Shown one piece after another: positions 9,392 to 20,447 of a DNA stretch of 64,000 bases. Made by a program: the position numbers and the translations under genes. Each line of letters starts with the position of its first letter. Position 1 is the stretch's first letter. Under the pieces are notes generated by a model. The model was not told the origin of the DNA. It ran no database searches and worked only from the letters and a program-made list of their open reading frames with translations. The DNA comes from Candidatus Multivoradales bacterium (GTDB lineage Bacteria > Acidobacteriota > Thermoanaerobaculia > Multivoradales > Multivoraceae), in the NCBI GenBank assembly GCA_965223325.1, contig CBDCWI010000002.1:4128001-4192000 (forward strand), written 5' to 3'.

Positions 9392-10120
9392 CTACTCTGC
9401 GGCCTCGGCCGGCGCACGGTCTCGGCGGCTGATGATCCACTGCGGCACAAAGGTCAGACACGCCATCAGGATGGCCGCGATGGCCAGATTGCGCACGATG
9501 ACGGAGCGTTCGCCCTCGCCGACGCTGACCATGGCCGAGGCGAAGTAGCTCCACACCGGTGTCACCGCCACGTAGGCGATGGCCGTGGCGGTCCAGAAGG
9601 TCCGCCAGGTGACTCCGAGAAGAGCGGCACCGTAGTTGGTCACCGCGAACGGCACGGGAACGAAGCGCAGCCGCAGGAGCGCCCAGAAGCTGCGCTTCTC
9701 GAGCAGCTTCTCGAGCTTCTCGCGGCGAGAACCGAACAGTCGCGCAACCAGATCATGACCGAAGGTGCGGCCGACCCAGTAGCTCGAGAAGGCGCCCAGG
9801 AGGGTGCCGGCATAGTTGATGAGCGACCCGTAGAGCGCGCCAAAGACGGCGCCGCCGGCGATCACCATCGGCGTCACCGGCGCGCCGGCGACGGAACAAA
9901 CCACGAAGGCGGCGACCAGAACCAGCGGGCTCGCGGGATGATCGCGAATCGCCTGCAGGGAGGCGTAGGCGCGCTCGAGCTCGAGCCAGTCGCGCAGTGG
10001 CGTTGCCATCACCAGCCAGATTCCGAAGCCGGCGATGCTCACGAGCACCAGGAAGCGCAGGATGGCGCCGCCTAGACTTCGTGGAGGCGCTTCCAGCTCG
10101 CGCAACGGTGCGTCATTCAA
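9392..10120 (-). CDS. TVP38/TMEM64 (DedA/VTT) family membrane protein
   Basis: GAVFG..G, SYWVGR, LRFVPVPF..TNY motifs; hydrophobic. Confidence 0.85.
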   Translation of the reverse strand: MNDAPLRELEAPPRSLGGAILRFLVLVSIAGFGIWLVMATPLRDWLELERAYASLQAIRDHPASPLVLVAAFVVCSVAGAPVTPMVIAGGAVFGALYGSLINYAGTLLGAFSSYWVGRTFGHDLVARLFGSRREKLEKLLEKRSFWALLRLRFVPVPFAVTNYGAALLGVTWRTFWTATAIAYVAVTPVWSYFASAMVSVGEGERSVIVRNLAIAAILMACLTFVPQWIISRRDRAPAEAAE

Positions 10121-10130
10121 CTCCCCTCCC

Positions 10131-11063
10131 TCAGACCAGGGTCTTGAAGTACTCGACCGTCAGCCGCAGGCCCTCGTCGAGTGACACCTCGGGCTGCCAA
10201 CCGAGCTTTTCCTTGGCGCGCGAGATGTCCGGACGCCTGGTCTTCGGGTCGTCGACGGGAAGGTCGCAGAAGACGATCTTGCTCTTTGAGCCAGTGAAGT
10301 CGCGAATGCGCTCGGCGAACTGCAGGATCGTCATCTCACCGGGGTTACCGATGTTGACTGGGCTGTTGAGGTTTGACAGGAGCAGGCGGTAGATCCCTTC
10401 GACAAGATCGCTGACGAAACAGAACGATCGCGTTTGGCTGCCGTCGCCGTAGACCGTCAGGTCCTCCCCGCGCAACGCCTGCAACATGAAGTTCGGAACG
10501 ACGCGACCGTCGCGTGGTCGCATGCGCGGCCCGAAGGTGTTGAAGATCCGCACAATCTTTGCGTCCACTTCGTGGACTCGGTGGTAGGCAGTCGTCATCG
10601 CTTCGGCGAAACGCTTGGCTTCGTCATAGACACCGCGCGGACCAACAGGATTGACATTGCCCCAATAGCTCTCGGGCTGCGGGTGAACCAACGGGTCGCC
10701 ATAGACCTCGGAAGTCGAAGCCAGAAGGTAACGGGCCTTGTGCTCTTTGGCGATACCCAGGCTGTTGTGAGTTCCGAGCGAGCCGACCTTCAGGGTTTGG
10801 ATTGGAAGCTCGAGGTAGTCGATCGGGCTTGCCGGCGATGCGAAGTGTAGGACGTTGTCGATCGGCGTCGCGATATGAAGTGGCTCGCTGATGTCGTGCT
10901 CGATGAAATGAAAGTCATCGCGCTCCATCAGGCCGGCGATGTTCTGCGGTCTTCCGGTGATGAAGTTGTCGACGCAAACGACACCGTGTCCCTCCGCCAG
11001 CAGGCGTTCGCAAAGGTGGCTGCCGAGAAAGCCGGCGCCGCCGGTTACGAGAGTGGTCGTCAT
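10131..11063 (-). CDS. UDP-glucuronate decarboxylase family NAD-dependent epimerase/dehydratase
   Basis: [38 protein letters not shown]. Confidence 0.92.
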   Translation of the reverse strand: MTTTLVTGGAGFLGSHLCERLLAEGHGVVCVDNFITGRPQNIAGLMERDDFHFIEHDISEPLHIATPIDNVLHFASPASPIDYLELPIQTLKVGSLGTHNSLGIAKEHKARYLLASTSEVYGDPLVHPQPESYWGNVNPVGPRGVYDEAKRFAEAMTTAYHRVHEVDAKIVRIFNTFGPRMRPRDGRVVPNFMLQALRGEDLTVYGDGSQTRSFCFVSDLVEGIYRLLLSNLNSPVNIGNPGEMTILQFAERIRDFTGSKSKIVFCDLPVDDPKTRRPDISRAKEKLGWQPEVSLDEGLRLTVEYFKTLV

Positions 11064-11134
11064 GCGTGCACATCCTTCGCCAGTAGGGGTGGAGGCGTTA
11101 CGAGTCAAAGTACCTTCGCCAGTCAATGTACCGC

Positions 11135-12499
11135 TCACCCGGCCTCGGAGACGGCGCGCAACTTCGGCGTGGCGGAACCCTCTGCCGGTCGTCCGATCGA
11201 GGTGTAGTGAAACCCGGCGGACTGTACCTGGGACTGATCGTAGATGTTGCGCAGGTCGATGATGACCGGCTTGGCCATCAGCTTCTCGAGCCGCGGGAAC
11301 TCGAGCTTGCGGAACAGGTTCCACTCGGTGACGATCACCAGGGCATCGGCCTCTTCGGCCACGGCGTAGGCGTCGTTCGCATAGTGCAGGTTGTCCAGGT
11401 GCTGCATTCCTTCGACTTCGACCTGGAAGGTCTCCATCGCCGCGGGGTCGAACGCATGGACGGTTGCACCGCGCGAGAGCAGGTTCTCGACGATGGGAAT
11501 CGCCGGCGACTCACGCACATCGTCGGTGTCGGGCTTGAACGCCAGGCCGAGCACGCCAATGCGCTTACCCTCGAGGTCGCCGACGACTTTCTGGATCTTG
11601 TCGACCATGCGCAGTTTGGTGCGCTCGTTGACACTCAAGACCGCTTCGACGATTTCGAAGGTCATGCCCTCTTGCTTGGCGATGTGAGCGATCGACTGCG
11701 TGTCCTTGGGGAAGCACGACCCTCCAAAGCCCGGGCCGGGATGCAGGAAGCGGGGCCCGATGCGGTTGTCGAGGCCCATGCCTTTGGCGACCACCTCGAC
11801 ATCGGCGCCGACGGCTTCACAGAGCTCGGCCGTCTCGTTGATGAAGGAGATCTTGGTAGCAAGGAAGGCATTCGAGGCGTACTTGATCATCTCGGCCGAC
11901 TCGACGTTGGTGACGACGAACTGAACGTCAGCAACCCGCAGCGGCGAGTAGATGTCGAGCATAAGGTCAGCTGCGCGCGGGTCGCGCGTTCCGATGACGA
12001 CCCGATCAGGGTGCAGGAAGTCGTCGATGGCAGAGCCTTCGCGTAGGAACTCGGGGTTCGATACAACGGCGAAGTCCTTGCTTCCCGAAGCTTCGCTGAC
12101 GATGCCTTCGATCATGCGGCCGGTCCCGATGGGAACGGTGCTCTTGGTGACAATGATCTTGAAGCCGTTGAGATTCTCGCCAATGGACTGCGCTACCTGA
12201 CGCACGAACTCGAGATTGGCCGAGCCGTCTTCGGCTGGGGGCGTGCCGACCGCGATGAACACCGCAACGGCCTCCTGGATCGAAGCATTGACGTCAGTGG
12301 AGAAGTCGAGCCGCCCTTCGGCGCGGTTCTTGTCGACAATCTCTTTGAGACCGGGTTCATAGATGGGGATCTCGCCGCGGTTGAGACGCTCGATCTTGGA
12401 TGCGTCTTTATCGACGCAGACGACATGGGTACCGAAGTCGGCCAAGCAGGCTCCGGTGACGAGGCCGACGTAACCACTACCAACAACACAGATCTTCAT
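11135..12499 (-). CDS. ugd: UDP-glucose 6-dehydrogenase
   Basis: [37 protein letters not shown]. Confidence 0.95.
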   Translation of the reverse strand: MKICVVGSGYVGLVTGACLADFGTHVVCVDKDASKIERLNRGEIPIYEPGLKEIVDKNRAEGRLDFSTDVNASIQEAVAVFIAVGTPPAEDGSANLEFVRQVAQSIGENLNGFKIIVTKSTVPIGTGRMIEGIVSEASGSKDFAVVSNPEFLREGSAIDDFLHPDRVVIGTRDPRAADLMLDIYSPLRVADVQFVVTNVESAEMIKYASNAFLATKISFINETAELCEAVGADVEVVAKGMGLDNRIGPRFLHPGPGFGGSCFPKDTQSIAHIAKQEGMTFEIVEAVLSVNERTKLRMVDKIQKVVGDLEGKRIGVLGLAFKPDTDDVRESPAIPIVENLLSRGATVHAFDPAAMETFQVEVEGMQHLDNLHYANDAYAVAEEADALVIVTEWNLFRKLEFPRLEKLMAKPVIIDLRNIYDQSQVQSAGFHYTSIGRPAEGSATPKLRAVSEAG

Positions 12500-12886
12500 G
12501 GGCTGGACTCACATTGGTGGAAGGAAGGGAAAAACCCCTCCAATGAACTGGAAGGTAGTCACCGGCGGCGATCGCATCGCCTTTGGTCCGGTAGACCGTG
12601 TCGAGGTGCCCGGGTGGAACTTGGGCTACCTGCGCCCCCGTGCAGGGTTCTGGGACGTTTCGCGACGCTCGAGGAGTGAGATCAGGTGGGGTGCGCTGGC
12701 CCCGGCAGCTACCCGTTCCTGGCATGCACTTCGAGGTGCGGAACCGTTGAAAGATAGCGAATCGGCGATTCCCCGACAAGGTGTCGGTTGCCGAAGTACC
12801 GCGACAGTGGGGTTCTACACACGGCGGGCGCAAGCTTTGATAAGCCTGGACGGTGCAGCCGGCAGGTCAACCAAGGCCACCGGCTC

Positions 12887-14053
12887 TTAGAGGCCGTCGG
12901 CTTCGATGTCCTTGGGAATGGGTTCGATCTCGCCTGCCTTGACGGCATCCGCGTAGCGCTTCTTGATGCCCTTCTTCTGCCGGTTGCGGATCATCCAGCG
13001 CAGCAGCCGTGACTCATTGATGCCGATGACGACGTCGTTGAGTGCCTCGAAGACGGCGGGGTCGTTGATCAGCCGGGCGGCAGTGCCGTCACCCTCAGAG
13101 ACCTTGGCAGAGAGATCATCGAGGCGTTCGAGCAGGCTCTGAATCTCGTCGGTGATCGCCTGGCCGTACTCGTCGTCATGGATCAGCTTGGGAAGCAGTC
13201 CGTCGCCAGAACGCATCTCCTCCGCCAGCACGCTCAGGTCTGCCATGGCGGAGTCGAAGTTCTCGAGGCTCTGGGCGAGGCTGGCGCTGGCGTCCTTGTC
13301 GTCGAGGAGCGTGCCGAGAATTCCTTCCCCGGTCTCAACGCGATCGGCGACGCTCTTGAGCGTCGCCACGGTGTTCGAGAGGTCGTCGGCCAGTTGCTGA
13401 TCCGAGAACAGGCGCCCCACGGTGCCTTCTCCAGACTCGATGCGGCCGACGACCGCATCGACCGACTCGAGGGTCGACACCAGGCTCTCGGTGACGCGCT
13501 CGCCTTCGCGTTCGGTGATCAATTCGCCGAGAAGCCCTTCGCCGTCCTCCATGCGAGTCAGGATGTTCGAAAGGGAGCTTGCAGCGATGACGATGTTGTC
13601 GAGAACGTCACCGCCGCTGGCGATCAGCTTGTCGACGTCGGTAGGGGCTGCCGCCGGTATTTGTTGGCCGGCCTCGACTTCGGCAAAGCCTGGACTGCCC
13701 GAAGTGATGTCGACGTATTTATCACCGAGCAAGCCGAGGCTCTTGATTCGCGCCACCGAGTCCTGGCGCACACGCGAGGCGTAGCGCCTTTCGACGCTCA
13801 CCCACACCTGCAGGAGTTCGGTGTCGATGTTCTCGGGCAAGATGATGTCGTCGATCTTGCCGACCACGACGCCGGAGAGCTGCACCGGGTTTCCTTCGGC
13901 GAGCCCGGCAACCGTGGGGAAGAGTACGAAGTACTTGTTGGTCTTGGTAAACAGAAAGTTCTGCTCGCCGACCAGGAGCACTACCGCTGCAACAACCAGT
14001 AGCGCGGTGAGTACGGTCAGTCCAATTCGTCCGAGACGTGCGTCACGCCGCAT
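12887..14053 (-). CDS. mlaD: MlaD/MCE family protein
   Basis: N-terminal TM, GL..G.PV..SGV.VG, GLLGDKYVDI, helical repeats. Confidence 0.9.
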   Translation of the reverse strand: MRRDARLGRIGLTVLTALLVVAAVVLLVGEQNFLFTKTNKYFVLFPTVAGLAEGNPVQLSGVVVGKIDDIILPENIDTELLQVWVSVERRYASRVRQDSVARIKSLGLLGDKYVDITSGSPGFAEVEAGQQIPAAAPTDVDKLIASGGDVLDNIVIAASSLSNILTRMEDGEGLLGELITEREGERVTESLVSTLESVDAVVGRIESGEGTVGRLFSDQQLADDLSNTVATLKSVADRVETGEGILGTLLDDKDASASLAQSLENFDSAMADLSVLAEEMRSGDGLLPKLIHDDEYGQAITDEIQSLLERLDDLSAKVSEGDGTAARLINDPAVFEALNDVVIGINESRLLRWMIRNRQKKGIKKRYADAVKAGEIEPIPKDIEADGL

Positions 14054-14834
14054 CGATGTCCTCCTTGCCGGTCAGGAACGCTGCCAGGGAACGGTCCTCA
14101 CTGCGATCGGCTTCTTCCCATGTTCCCAGAAAAGCAAAGCGCCCGTCCCGCAGGAAGGCGAGTCGATCGCCAACGGTGCGCGCCAGCGCCAGGTCGTGGG
14201 TGACGACGACGGCGGTGACTCCGAGATTGTTGCGAATGTCGTTGATCAGTGAGCCAATGGTTGCCGAAGTGATCGGGTCGAGCCCCGTCGTAGGTTCGTC
14301 GAACAGCACGACCTCGGGATCGAGCATCAAGGACCGCGCCAGGGCGACACGTTTCTTCATGCCGCCCGAGAGCGCTGCCGGCATGCGGTCCTCGATGCCC
14401 GGCATACGAACCATCTCGAGACGGTCCGCAATGCGATCTTCGATCTCTGCCTCTTCCATTTCGGTGTGCTCGCGGAGCGGAAAGGCGAGGTTTTCGTAGA
14501 CCGTCAGTGAGTCGAAGAGGGCACCGCCCTGGAAGAGCATCGCGACCCGTCGCCGGATCGGGTAGAGGTCCTTCTCGGTCAGTTCGCCGAGGTCGATGTC
14601 ACCGAAGAAGACCTTTCCTTCGTCGGGTGCCTCGAGGCCGTTGAGTTGCCGGAGGGTGACGCTCTTGCCGGTTCCTGAACGCCCCAGGATGATCAAACAT
14701 TCGCCGCGGTGAACGTCAAAGGACACGCCATCGAGGATGGTGCGCCGTCCGTATCGCTTGACCAGATCCCGTACACGGTAGACGACCTTGCCGTCGGTCC
14801 CGGGCACAAGCGAGAGCTCTTCAGAACCCGACAC
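14043..14834 (-). CDS. mlaF: MlaF-type ABC transporter ATP-binding protein
   Basis: GRSGTGKS, FQGGALFDSL, LSGGMKKRVALAR, DEPTTGLDP. Confidence 0.92.
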   Translation of the reverse strand: MSGSEELSLVPGTDGKVVYRVRDLVKRYGRRTILDGVSFDVHRGECLIILGRSGTGKSVTLRQLNGLEAPDEGKVFFGDIDLGELTEKDLYPIRRRVAMLFQGGALFDSLTVYENLAFPLREHTEMEEAEIEDRIADRLEMVRMPGIEDRMPAALSGGMKKRVALARSLMLDPEVVLFDEPTTGLDPITSATIGSLINDIRNNLGVTAVVVTHDLALARTVGDRLAFLRDGRFAFLGTWEEADRSEDRSLAAFLTGKEDIDAA

Positions 14835-14837
14835 GTC

Positions 14838-15659
14838 TCAGATGCTCCCGATCATGTAGAAGAGCTTGGTGAGAAAGAAGTCACTCACCAGAATCACGAT
14901 CGACGCCCAGACTACGGTGTTGGTCGTTGCGCGGCCAACGCCGTCAGCGCCGCCGGTGACCTGCAGCCCGTTGTAGCAGCCGATGATGGCGATGGCGTAT
15001 CCAAAGAAGAACGACTTGCCGACACCACTGAAGACGTCTCCCATCGTCAACGACGACAACACGTCGTTGACGTAGAGGCCGAGCTGCAGGTCGAGTTGGT
15101 AGACGGCAATCAATCCGCCTCCGAGAATGCCCAGGGCGTCGCCAATGATGGTGAGTGCCGGCAACATGATGAGCGTTGCGCCGAGGCGAGGCACGACCAA
15201 CTTGCGGGTTGGCGAGGCCGCCATCGAGCGCAGGGCGTCGATCTGTTCGGTGACCTTCATCGTGCCGAGCTCGGCGGTCATTCCGGCACCAATGCGGCCA
15301 CCGACGATGAGAGCCACCAGAACCGGCCCGAGCTCTCGACTGAGCGATTTCGAGACGACGGTGCCGATGTAGTACTTGACACCCAGTTCCGGCAGCGAAT
15401 ACGCCGTCTGGAGCGCCAGAACCATGCCGGTGAAAATGGTCGTGATGCCGGCCACGGCAAACGAGCGAACGCCGAGCTGGTCCATCTGCTGCAGCCAGAG
15501 ACTGGCCTCGAGCGGCAGTTTGAACATTCCCAAGAGCGCGCGCCAGGTGAGCACTGCGATGCCGCCAATGTGGTGCAACCCGCGCTGCGCAGGAGCGAGC
15601 ATCAGCTCGAGCGTGCTCTGCTCGAGATCGTCTCCCAGGCCCGGCTCGAGAAGGCTCAC
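14838..15659 (-). CDS. mlaE: MlaE-type ABC transporter permease
   Basis: RELGPVL, AELGTMKVTEQIDAL, GADGVGRATT. Confidence 0.93.
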   Translation of the reverse strand: MSLLEPGLGDDLEQSTLELMLAPAQRGLHHIGGIAVLTWRALLGMFKLPLEASLWLQQMDQLGVRSFAVAGITTIFTGMVLALQTAYSLPELGVKYYIGTVVSKSLSRELGPVLVALIVGGRIGAGMTAELGTMKVTEQIDALRSMAASPTRKLVVPRLGATLIMLPALTIIGDALGILGGGLIAVYQLDLQLGLYVNDVLSSLTMGDVFSGVGKSFFFGYAIAIIGCYNGLQVTGGADGVGRATTNTVVWASIVILVSDFFLTKLFYMIGSI

Positions 15660-15891
15660 GACGACAGCCCAGGCACGTTACAGCCCGTGGATTCTGAGGT
15701 GGATCGGTTGATTGGCATGCAGAGAGAAGGGCTCGGCGAGGTGCCGCGTTCTCCTGGAATCTCTTCTGAGATCTCGGCGGCGCGATCCTGGTGATGGGCG
15801 GGCGGTGCCGGGGGTACCTGAGGCCTCGAACGAGTGAGCAAACTCTAGCAGTCCCGCGTGGCTCTCCCTCGCCCGGAGCGGCGACGTGGCC

Positions 15892-17391
15892 TTAGCGGTA
15901 GCGCCTCAGGTCGTCCCAGATCGCGGCACTCGGCTGGAGCGGTTCATAGACGACGAACAGGGGCGCGCCCGCCTCATCGTTGTCGACGCCCCAGGGGTTC
16001 GAAATAACGCCGACTCGACGCCAACGCCGCCAGTAGCGCTCGACCGCTTGGCGGCTGTAGCCAACAACCAGAGCGGCGTCGAGCGCTGCGTCGCGGCTCC
16101 AGAACCAATAGCTGTTGTGGGGACTCGTCACCCTGGCGGCCTGTTTCCCGAAGAGCTCTATTGCCGCTGCGTTGCCGTAGTTTGATGCCAGCACGACCTC
16201 GATCTCTCCCTCGAGGGCCCGCAGTTGTTCGTCGACCTGCGCGGCGAGTTCCGGCCAACCCACCATCTCGGCGACGTCGTTGTTGGGCACCTTGCTCTGT
16301 CGCGCTGGCCAGTCCTCGACCGGAATGAGTGGCAAAAAGAAGCTCGCGACAGCCAGGTTGGCGACCGCCGCTGCGATGACCGCCGGCACCAGCGCTCGAC
16401 TTGTGCCCGCTGCGCGCTTCGGATCGTTTCCCCAGCGACCGACAGCCGCTCCTCCGGCCGCGAAGACCAGCGGATAGAGCGGTGCAACGTAGTAGGGCTT
16501 GCCGGCCAAAACAAGGAACAGGAAGAACGTGATGACGCCTGCGATGGCCAGGGGGCGGTGTCTGTGGTGGCGCTTCCACCAGGAGGCAGCAAAGAAAAGG
16601 AGTGGCAACCAGAAAAGGCCCAGAAAGGGCAGCTGAAGACCGAGAAACTCGGATCTCGTGGTCACCTTGTAGCTGGCGAACTCAACGAACGGAACGTCGT
16701 GCCGGATGAGCCACCAGAGATTGGGTGAGAAGACCACCATCGCCAGGAGCCCGGCCAACCAGGGCCATGGCGTCACGAGATGTTTGCGAGCGCTGGTGAG
16801 AACGAAGGCGAGGAGGATCGCCAAGCCAAAGCCCGCTACTGTGTACTTGATCAACAGCCCTACGCCGAGGACGCCGCCGAGGAGCAGCCAGGCAGAGCGG
16901 GCACTGCGGGACCCCGGTTCGGCATCGAGAACTGCGGTGAGCAGAATGATCGCCAACAGCCAGATGACCTGATCGAAGGGGTTGACCTGGAACATCCCCT
17001 GGGTGATGACGAAGATCAGGCAACTCGCGGTGGCGAGAGCTGCGATTCGATGGCCCCGTTGGGAGGCGCCCAGGCGGTTCGCCAGAATAGCCGTCAGCAC
17101 AACCAGCAGCCCGGCGACCAGTGCCGGCCAAAGCCGAAGGCCGACCACCGAGGGGCCGAAGACCTTGTGTGAGAGGCCGGCGAGCCAGGGCACCAGGGGT
17201 GGATGGTCGACGTAGCCGAAGTCGAGGCGCAGGCCGCCGGTCATGTAGTAGAGCTCGTCGCGATGGAAGCCGTAGCCCTGGTGCACAGCGATCCAGGCAA
17301 CGAGGAGCTGGCCGAGGATGGCAAGGGCACCCAGCAGGAGAACGACGGGGTCCTTTTGGGGAGTGCGCTCGAGCGTCGGGTCAGCGGGCAT
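15892..17391 (-). CDS. GT-C (family 39/ArnT-like) membrane glycosyltransferase
   Basis: HRDELYY, GYVDHPPL, KY motif, many TM helices. Confidence 0.85.
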   Translation of the reverse strand: MPADPTLERTPQKDPVVLLLGALAILGQLLVAWIAVHQGYGFHRDELYYMTGGLRLDFGYVDHPPLVPWLAGLSHKVFGPSVVGLRLWPALVAGLLVVLTAILANRLGASQRGHRIAALATASCLIFVITQGMFQVNPFDQVIWLLAIILLTAVLDAEPGSRSARSAWLLLGGVLGVGLLIKYTVAGFGLAILLAFVLTSARKHLVTPWPWLAGLLAMVVFSPNLWWLIRHDVPFVEFASYKVTTRSEFLGLQLPFLGLFWLPLLFFAASWWKRHHRHRPLAIAGVITFFLFLVLAGKPYYVAPLYPLVFAAGGAAVGRWGNDPKRAAGTSRALVPAVIAAAVANLAVASFFLPLIPVEDWPARQSKVPNNDVAEMVGWPELAAQVDEQLRALEGEIEVVLASNYGNAAAIELFGKQAARVTSPHNSYWFWSRDAALDAALVVGYSRQAVERYWRRWRRVGVISNPWGVDNDEAGAPLFVVYEPLQPSAAIWDDLRRYR

Positions 17392-17575
17392 GGTGGTGAG
17401 ACCTACGGGTGGCCGACGCTGCTGTTTCAGCCGCGGGTTGTGCGCACGACACCAAAGGCAGTCCTAGACCTGCCGAGGCGGGGCGCCGCTTCTTCTTTGA
17501 CATCTGAAAGACTGCCCTCATACCGGCCTACCCCTTGTCGGAACGTTTCCCGGTCATCTCGTCCGAGCAGAACCC

Positions 17576-18373
17576 TTGAGCAGCACAAGCGCATCCCACA
17601 ACCCGAGTGACAGGCAGAGCACGAGCGCTCCCGCCGAGCATCCCAGTTGGTTCGCTGTGACTCGGGCGACGGTAGGCTTTCTCTTGTTCATCGTTTTCGG
17701 TAGCTTCGTCTTCTCGATTCTCTCGGGGCTGGCCGGTTGGATCCCCCCGCGCGGCAATCACATGTTCCGTTTCGCGCGCTGGTGGGGTCGTGGCCTGCTG
17801 TGGGCGAGCGCCTGCGAATTGCGCGTTGAAGGTGCCTCTTTAGAGGACACTCCGGCCGTTTTCGTAGCCAACCATCAGAGCATCTTCGACGTGCCGGCAC
17901 TGCTCGCCTCAGTCCCCGGGCAGGCGCGCTTCATGGCCAAGCGAGAGTTGTTTCGGATCCCCCTCTTTGGTTGGGCCCTGTGGATCGCCGGTTTCGTGCC
18001 GGTCGATCGTCGTGACCGGAGTCGCGCCGCTGAGACCTTCAACCAGGCCTCACAGCGCCTGCGCGCAGGAGCTTCGGTGGTGGTCTATCCGGAAGAGACT
18101 CGCTCCCACGACGGGCGGCTCAGGCCCTTCAAGCGGGGGGGAATCCTGCTGGCGCTCAAGACCGGTGCTCCCATCGTGCCGGTGGGTGTTGCGGGCAGCT
18201 TCTATGCCAAGCCCCGGCACCGCTTCACCGTGTGGCCGGGACCGATTACGGTGCGTTACGGCGAGGCGGTCGACCCGCGCGGCGCTGGTCTGCGCAAGAA
18301 GGGGGCGCTGGTCGAGCATCTCGAGGCGACGGTAGCGGAGCTTGCAGATGTCGAACGCGGTGGTCTGGAATAA
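17576..18373 (+). CDS. plsC: 1-acyl-sn-glycerol-3-phosphate acyltransferase
   Basis: NHQSIFD, FMAKRELF, YPEETRS, PIVPV. Confidence 0.88.
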   Translation: MSSTSASHNPSDRQSTSAPAEHPSWFAVTRATVGFLLFIVFGSFVFSILSGLAGWIPPRGNHMFRFARWWGRGLLWASACELRVEGASLEDTPAVFVANHQSIFDVPALLASVPGQARFMAKRELFRIPLFGWALWIAGFVPVDRRDRSRAAETFNQASQRLRAGASVVVYPEETRSHDGRLRPFKRGGILLALKTGAPIVPVGVAGSFYAKPRHRFTVWPGPITVRYGEAVDPRGAGLRKKGALVEHLEATVAELADVERGGLE

Positions 18374-18568
18374 GGCGTGAGACCGCCCCAGCGGACGCGA
18401 TCGGAGCGAGGCCGAGTGAAGACCAGCGACCGTTCGTCCACGCGTCAGCGTTGCTAGACTCGCCGCTCTCTTTGGGCACAAGCGATTGACCCGCCGGCCT
18501 GGCCGCACCGGCGGCAGTCAGGCGCCCACTCCCACTACAACTCTCACTCCAGAAGGCAATCTCTTCCC

Positions 18569-19729
18569 GTGACTGAATCGGACCACGGCTCACAGCCGCC
18601 CAGTAGCGCTAACGGAAAGGAAGGCGCCAACGGAAAAGAACGGAGCGACTTCGAGAAAGGCCTCTGGGGGGCGCTGGCTACGGTGACCTTTCCAGGTATG
18701 AGTCGCGACGTGGTGTCGTTCGGCTTCGTCAAGAAGGTGACCGCCGAGCCCGACGGATCGGTAGCGGTGGAGCTCGAGGTGCCGACCCACAATCCCGGTT
18801 CAGGTGAGGCGATCCGTACCGAAGTCGAGAGAGTCTTGACCGAGCTCGAAGGCGTTCGTGAGGCCAAAGTCGGCCTGCGGGTCGTGACACCCCGCACCCA
18901 GGCACCGCCGGCGCAGCGAGGCGTGATGAACGACCCGTCGTTGCTCGAGGGGGTGCGCTCGGTGGTAGCGGTCGCCAGCGGGAAGGGTGGTGTCGGCAAG
19001 TCGACGGTCTCGGTCAACCTCGCGGTGCAGCTCGCCCAGGCGGGTCATCGGGTCGGTCTGCTCGACTGCGACATCTATGGGCCTTCCATTCCCACCATGC
19101 TGGGAATCACCGACCGCCCGGCGGTCGCGCGCAAGAAGCTGGTGCCGTTCGAGAAGTACGGTGTGCGCTCGATGTCGCTCGGGTTCGTCGTCGAGCAAGA
19201 CACACCAGTCATCTGGCGCGGGCCAATGGTGCAGAAAGCCATCGAGCAGTTGCTCGGTGACGTCCTCTGGGGCGAGCTCGACCAGCTCATTATCGACCTG
19301 CCACCGGGCACAGGCGATGCCCAGCTCACGCTGGCGCAGAAGGTGCCGCTCTCGGGCGCCGTCATCGTTTCGACCCCGCAGGACGTGGCCTTGATCGACG
19401 CCAGGAAGGGCCTTGCGATGTTCGAGAAGGTCAAGGTGCCGGTGCTCGGCTTCGTCGAGAACATGTCGTACTTCGAATGCCCGTCGTGTGGTGATCGCAC
19501 TGACGTCTTCAAGCACGGTGGCGCCGAGCGCGCCGCCAGAGAACTAGGCGTTCGCTTCCTTGGCGCGATACCGCTCGACTCCGCCGTAGTGCACGGTGGC
19601 GATGACGGTGTGCCTGTGGTTGCTGCTGACCCCGAAGGGTCCTTCGCCCAGGCCTTCTCTGAGATCGCTGGGGGCGTCGTGGAGGCTCTCAAAGAAGAAC
19701 GCCGCGCCCGACCGCTGACGATTCTCTGA
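18569..19729 (+). CDS. mrp: Mrp/NBP35 Fe-S cluster carrier ATPase
   Basis: SGKGGVGKST, WRGPM, DLPPGTGD, ENMSYFECPSC. Confidence 0.93.
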   Translation: MTESDHGSQPPSSANGKEGANGKERSDFEKGLWGALATVTFPGMSRDVVSFGFVKKVTAEPDGSVAVELEVPTHNPGSGEAIRTEVERVLTELEGVREAKVGLRVVTPRTQAPPAQRGVMNDPSLLEGVRSVVAVASGKGGVGKSTVSVNLAVQLAQAGHRVGLLDCDIYGPSIPTMLGITDRPAVARKKLVPFEKYGVRSMSLGFVVEQDTPVIWRGPMVQKAIEQLLGDVLWGELDQLIIDLPPGTGDAQLTLAQKVPLSGAVIVSTPQDVALIDARKGLAMFEKVKVPVLGFVENMSYFECPSCGDRTDVFKHGGAERAARELGVRFLGAIPLDSAVVHGGDDGVPVVAADPEGSFAQAFSEIAGGVVEALKEERRARPLTIL

Positions 19730-19739
19730 GCGCGGTGGC

Positions 19740-20447
19740 GTGAAGACAGCGTTTCTGGCCGACGCACACCTGGGCGGGCCCGGTGGCCCGGCCGAGCCGC
19801 TGATCGCTCAGCTCGATGAGCTTCAGTCTCGAGGTTGCGAGCATCTCGTCTTGATGGGCGATCTCTTTCACGTTTGGGTCGGACACCGCCAGTTCGAAAC
19901 ACCTGAAATTGCCGCGGTCATGGTGGCGCTCGACCGCTTGCGCGCTGCCGGCGTGCGGGTGAGCTACATCGAGGGCAACCGCGACTTCTTCCTGCGCGAT
20001 GGTCCCTACAGAGATCACTTCGACGAGGTAGCAGTCGAGCTACCGATCGAGATTGGGAACGAGCGCGTGTTGTGTGTTCATGGTGACGGGCTCAACGATC
20101 GCGACTGGCAGTACCGTGGGTGGCGTTGGTTGTCGAAGTCGCCCCCGGCGCGCTTCTTCGTTCGCCATCTCCCAGGCGGTCTCGCGCGGCGGATCGTGCA
20201 CGGTACCGAGGAGCGGCTAGCGCGCACCAACTTCAAGCACAAGAACCGCATTCCCGAAGAGCCCATTGCGACCTGGGGGGCCAGGCGCCTGATACAGGGT
20301 GAGTTCGATCGCATCGTCCTTGGTCACTTCCATGAACCGCGCTTGATCGCCACCCAACACGGCAAGATTCATATTCTCGACGCATGGTTTCGCAGCCATC
20401 GAATCGAAAGCCTCGACGGGCTCGACGTGGAACAGGCGTCGTCATGA
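19740..20447 (+). CDS. lpxH: UDP-2,3-diacylglucosamine diphosphatase-like metallophosphoesterase
   Basis: DAHL, GDLF, GNRDF, HGD, GHFH. Confidence 0.8.
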   Translation: MKTAFLADAHLGGPGGPAEPLIAQLDELQSRGCEHLVLMGDLFHVWVGHRQFETPEIAAVMVALDRLRAAGVRVSYIEGNRDFFLRDGPYRDHFDEVAVELPIEIGNERVLCVHGDGLNDRDWQYRGWRWLSKSPPARFFVRHLPGGLARRIVHGTEERLARTNFKHKNRIPEEPIATWGARRLIQGEFDRIVLGHFHEPRLIATQHGKIHILDAWFRSHRIESLDGLDVEQASS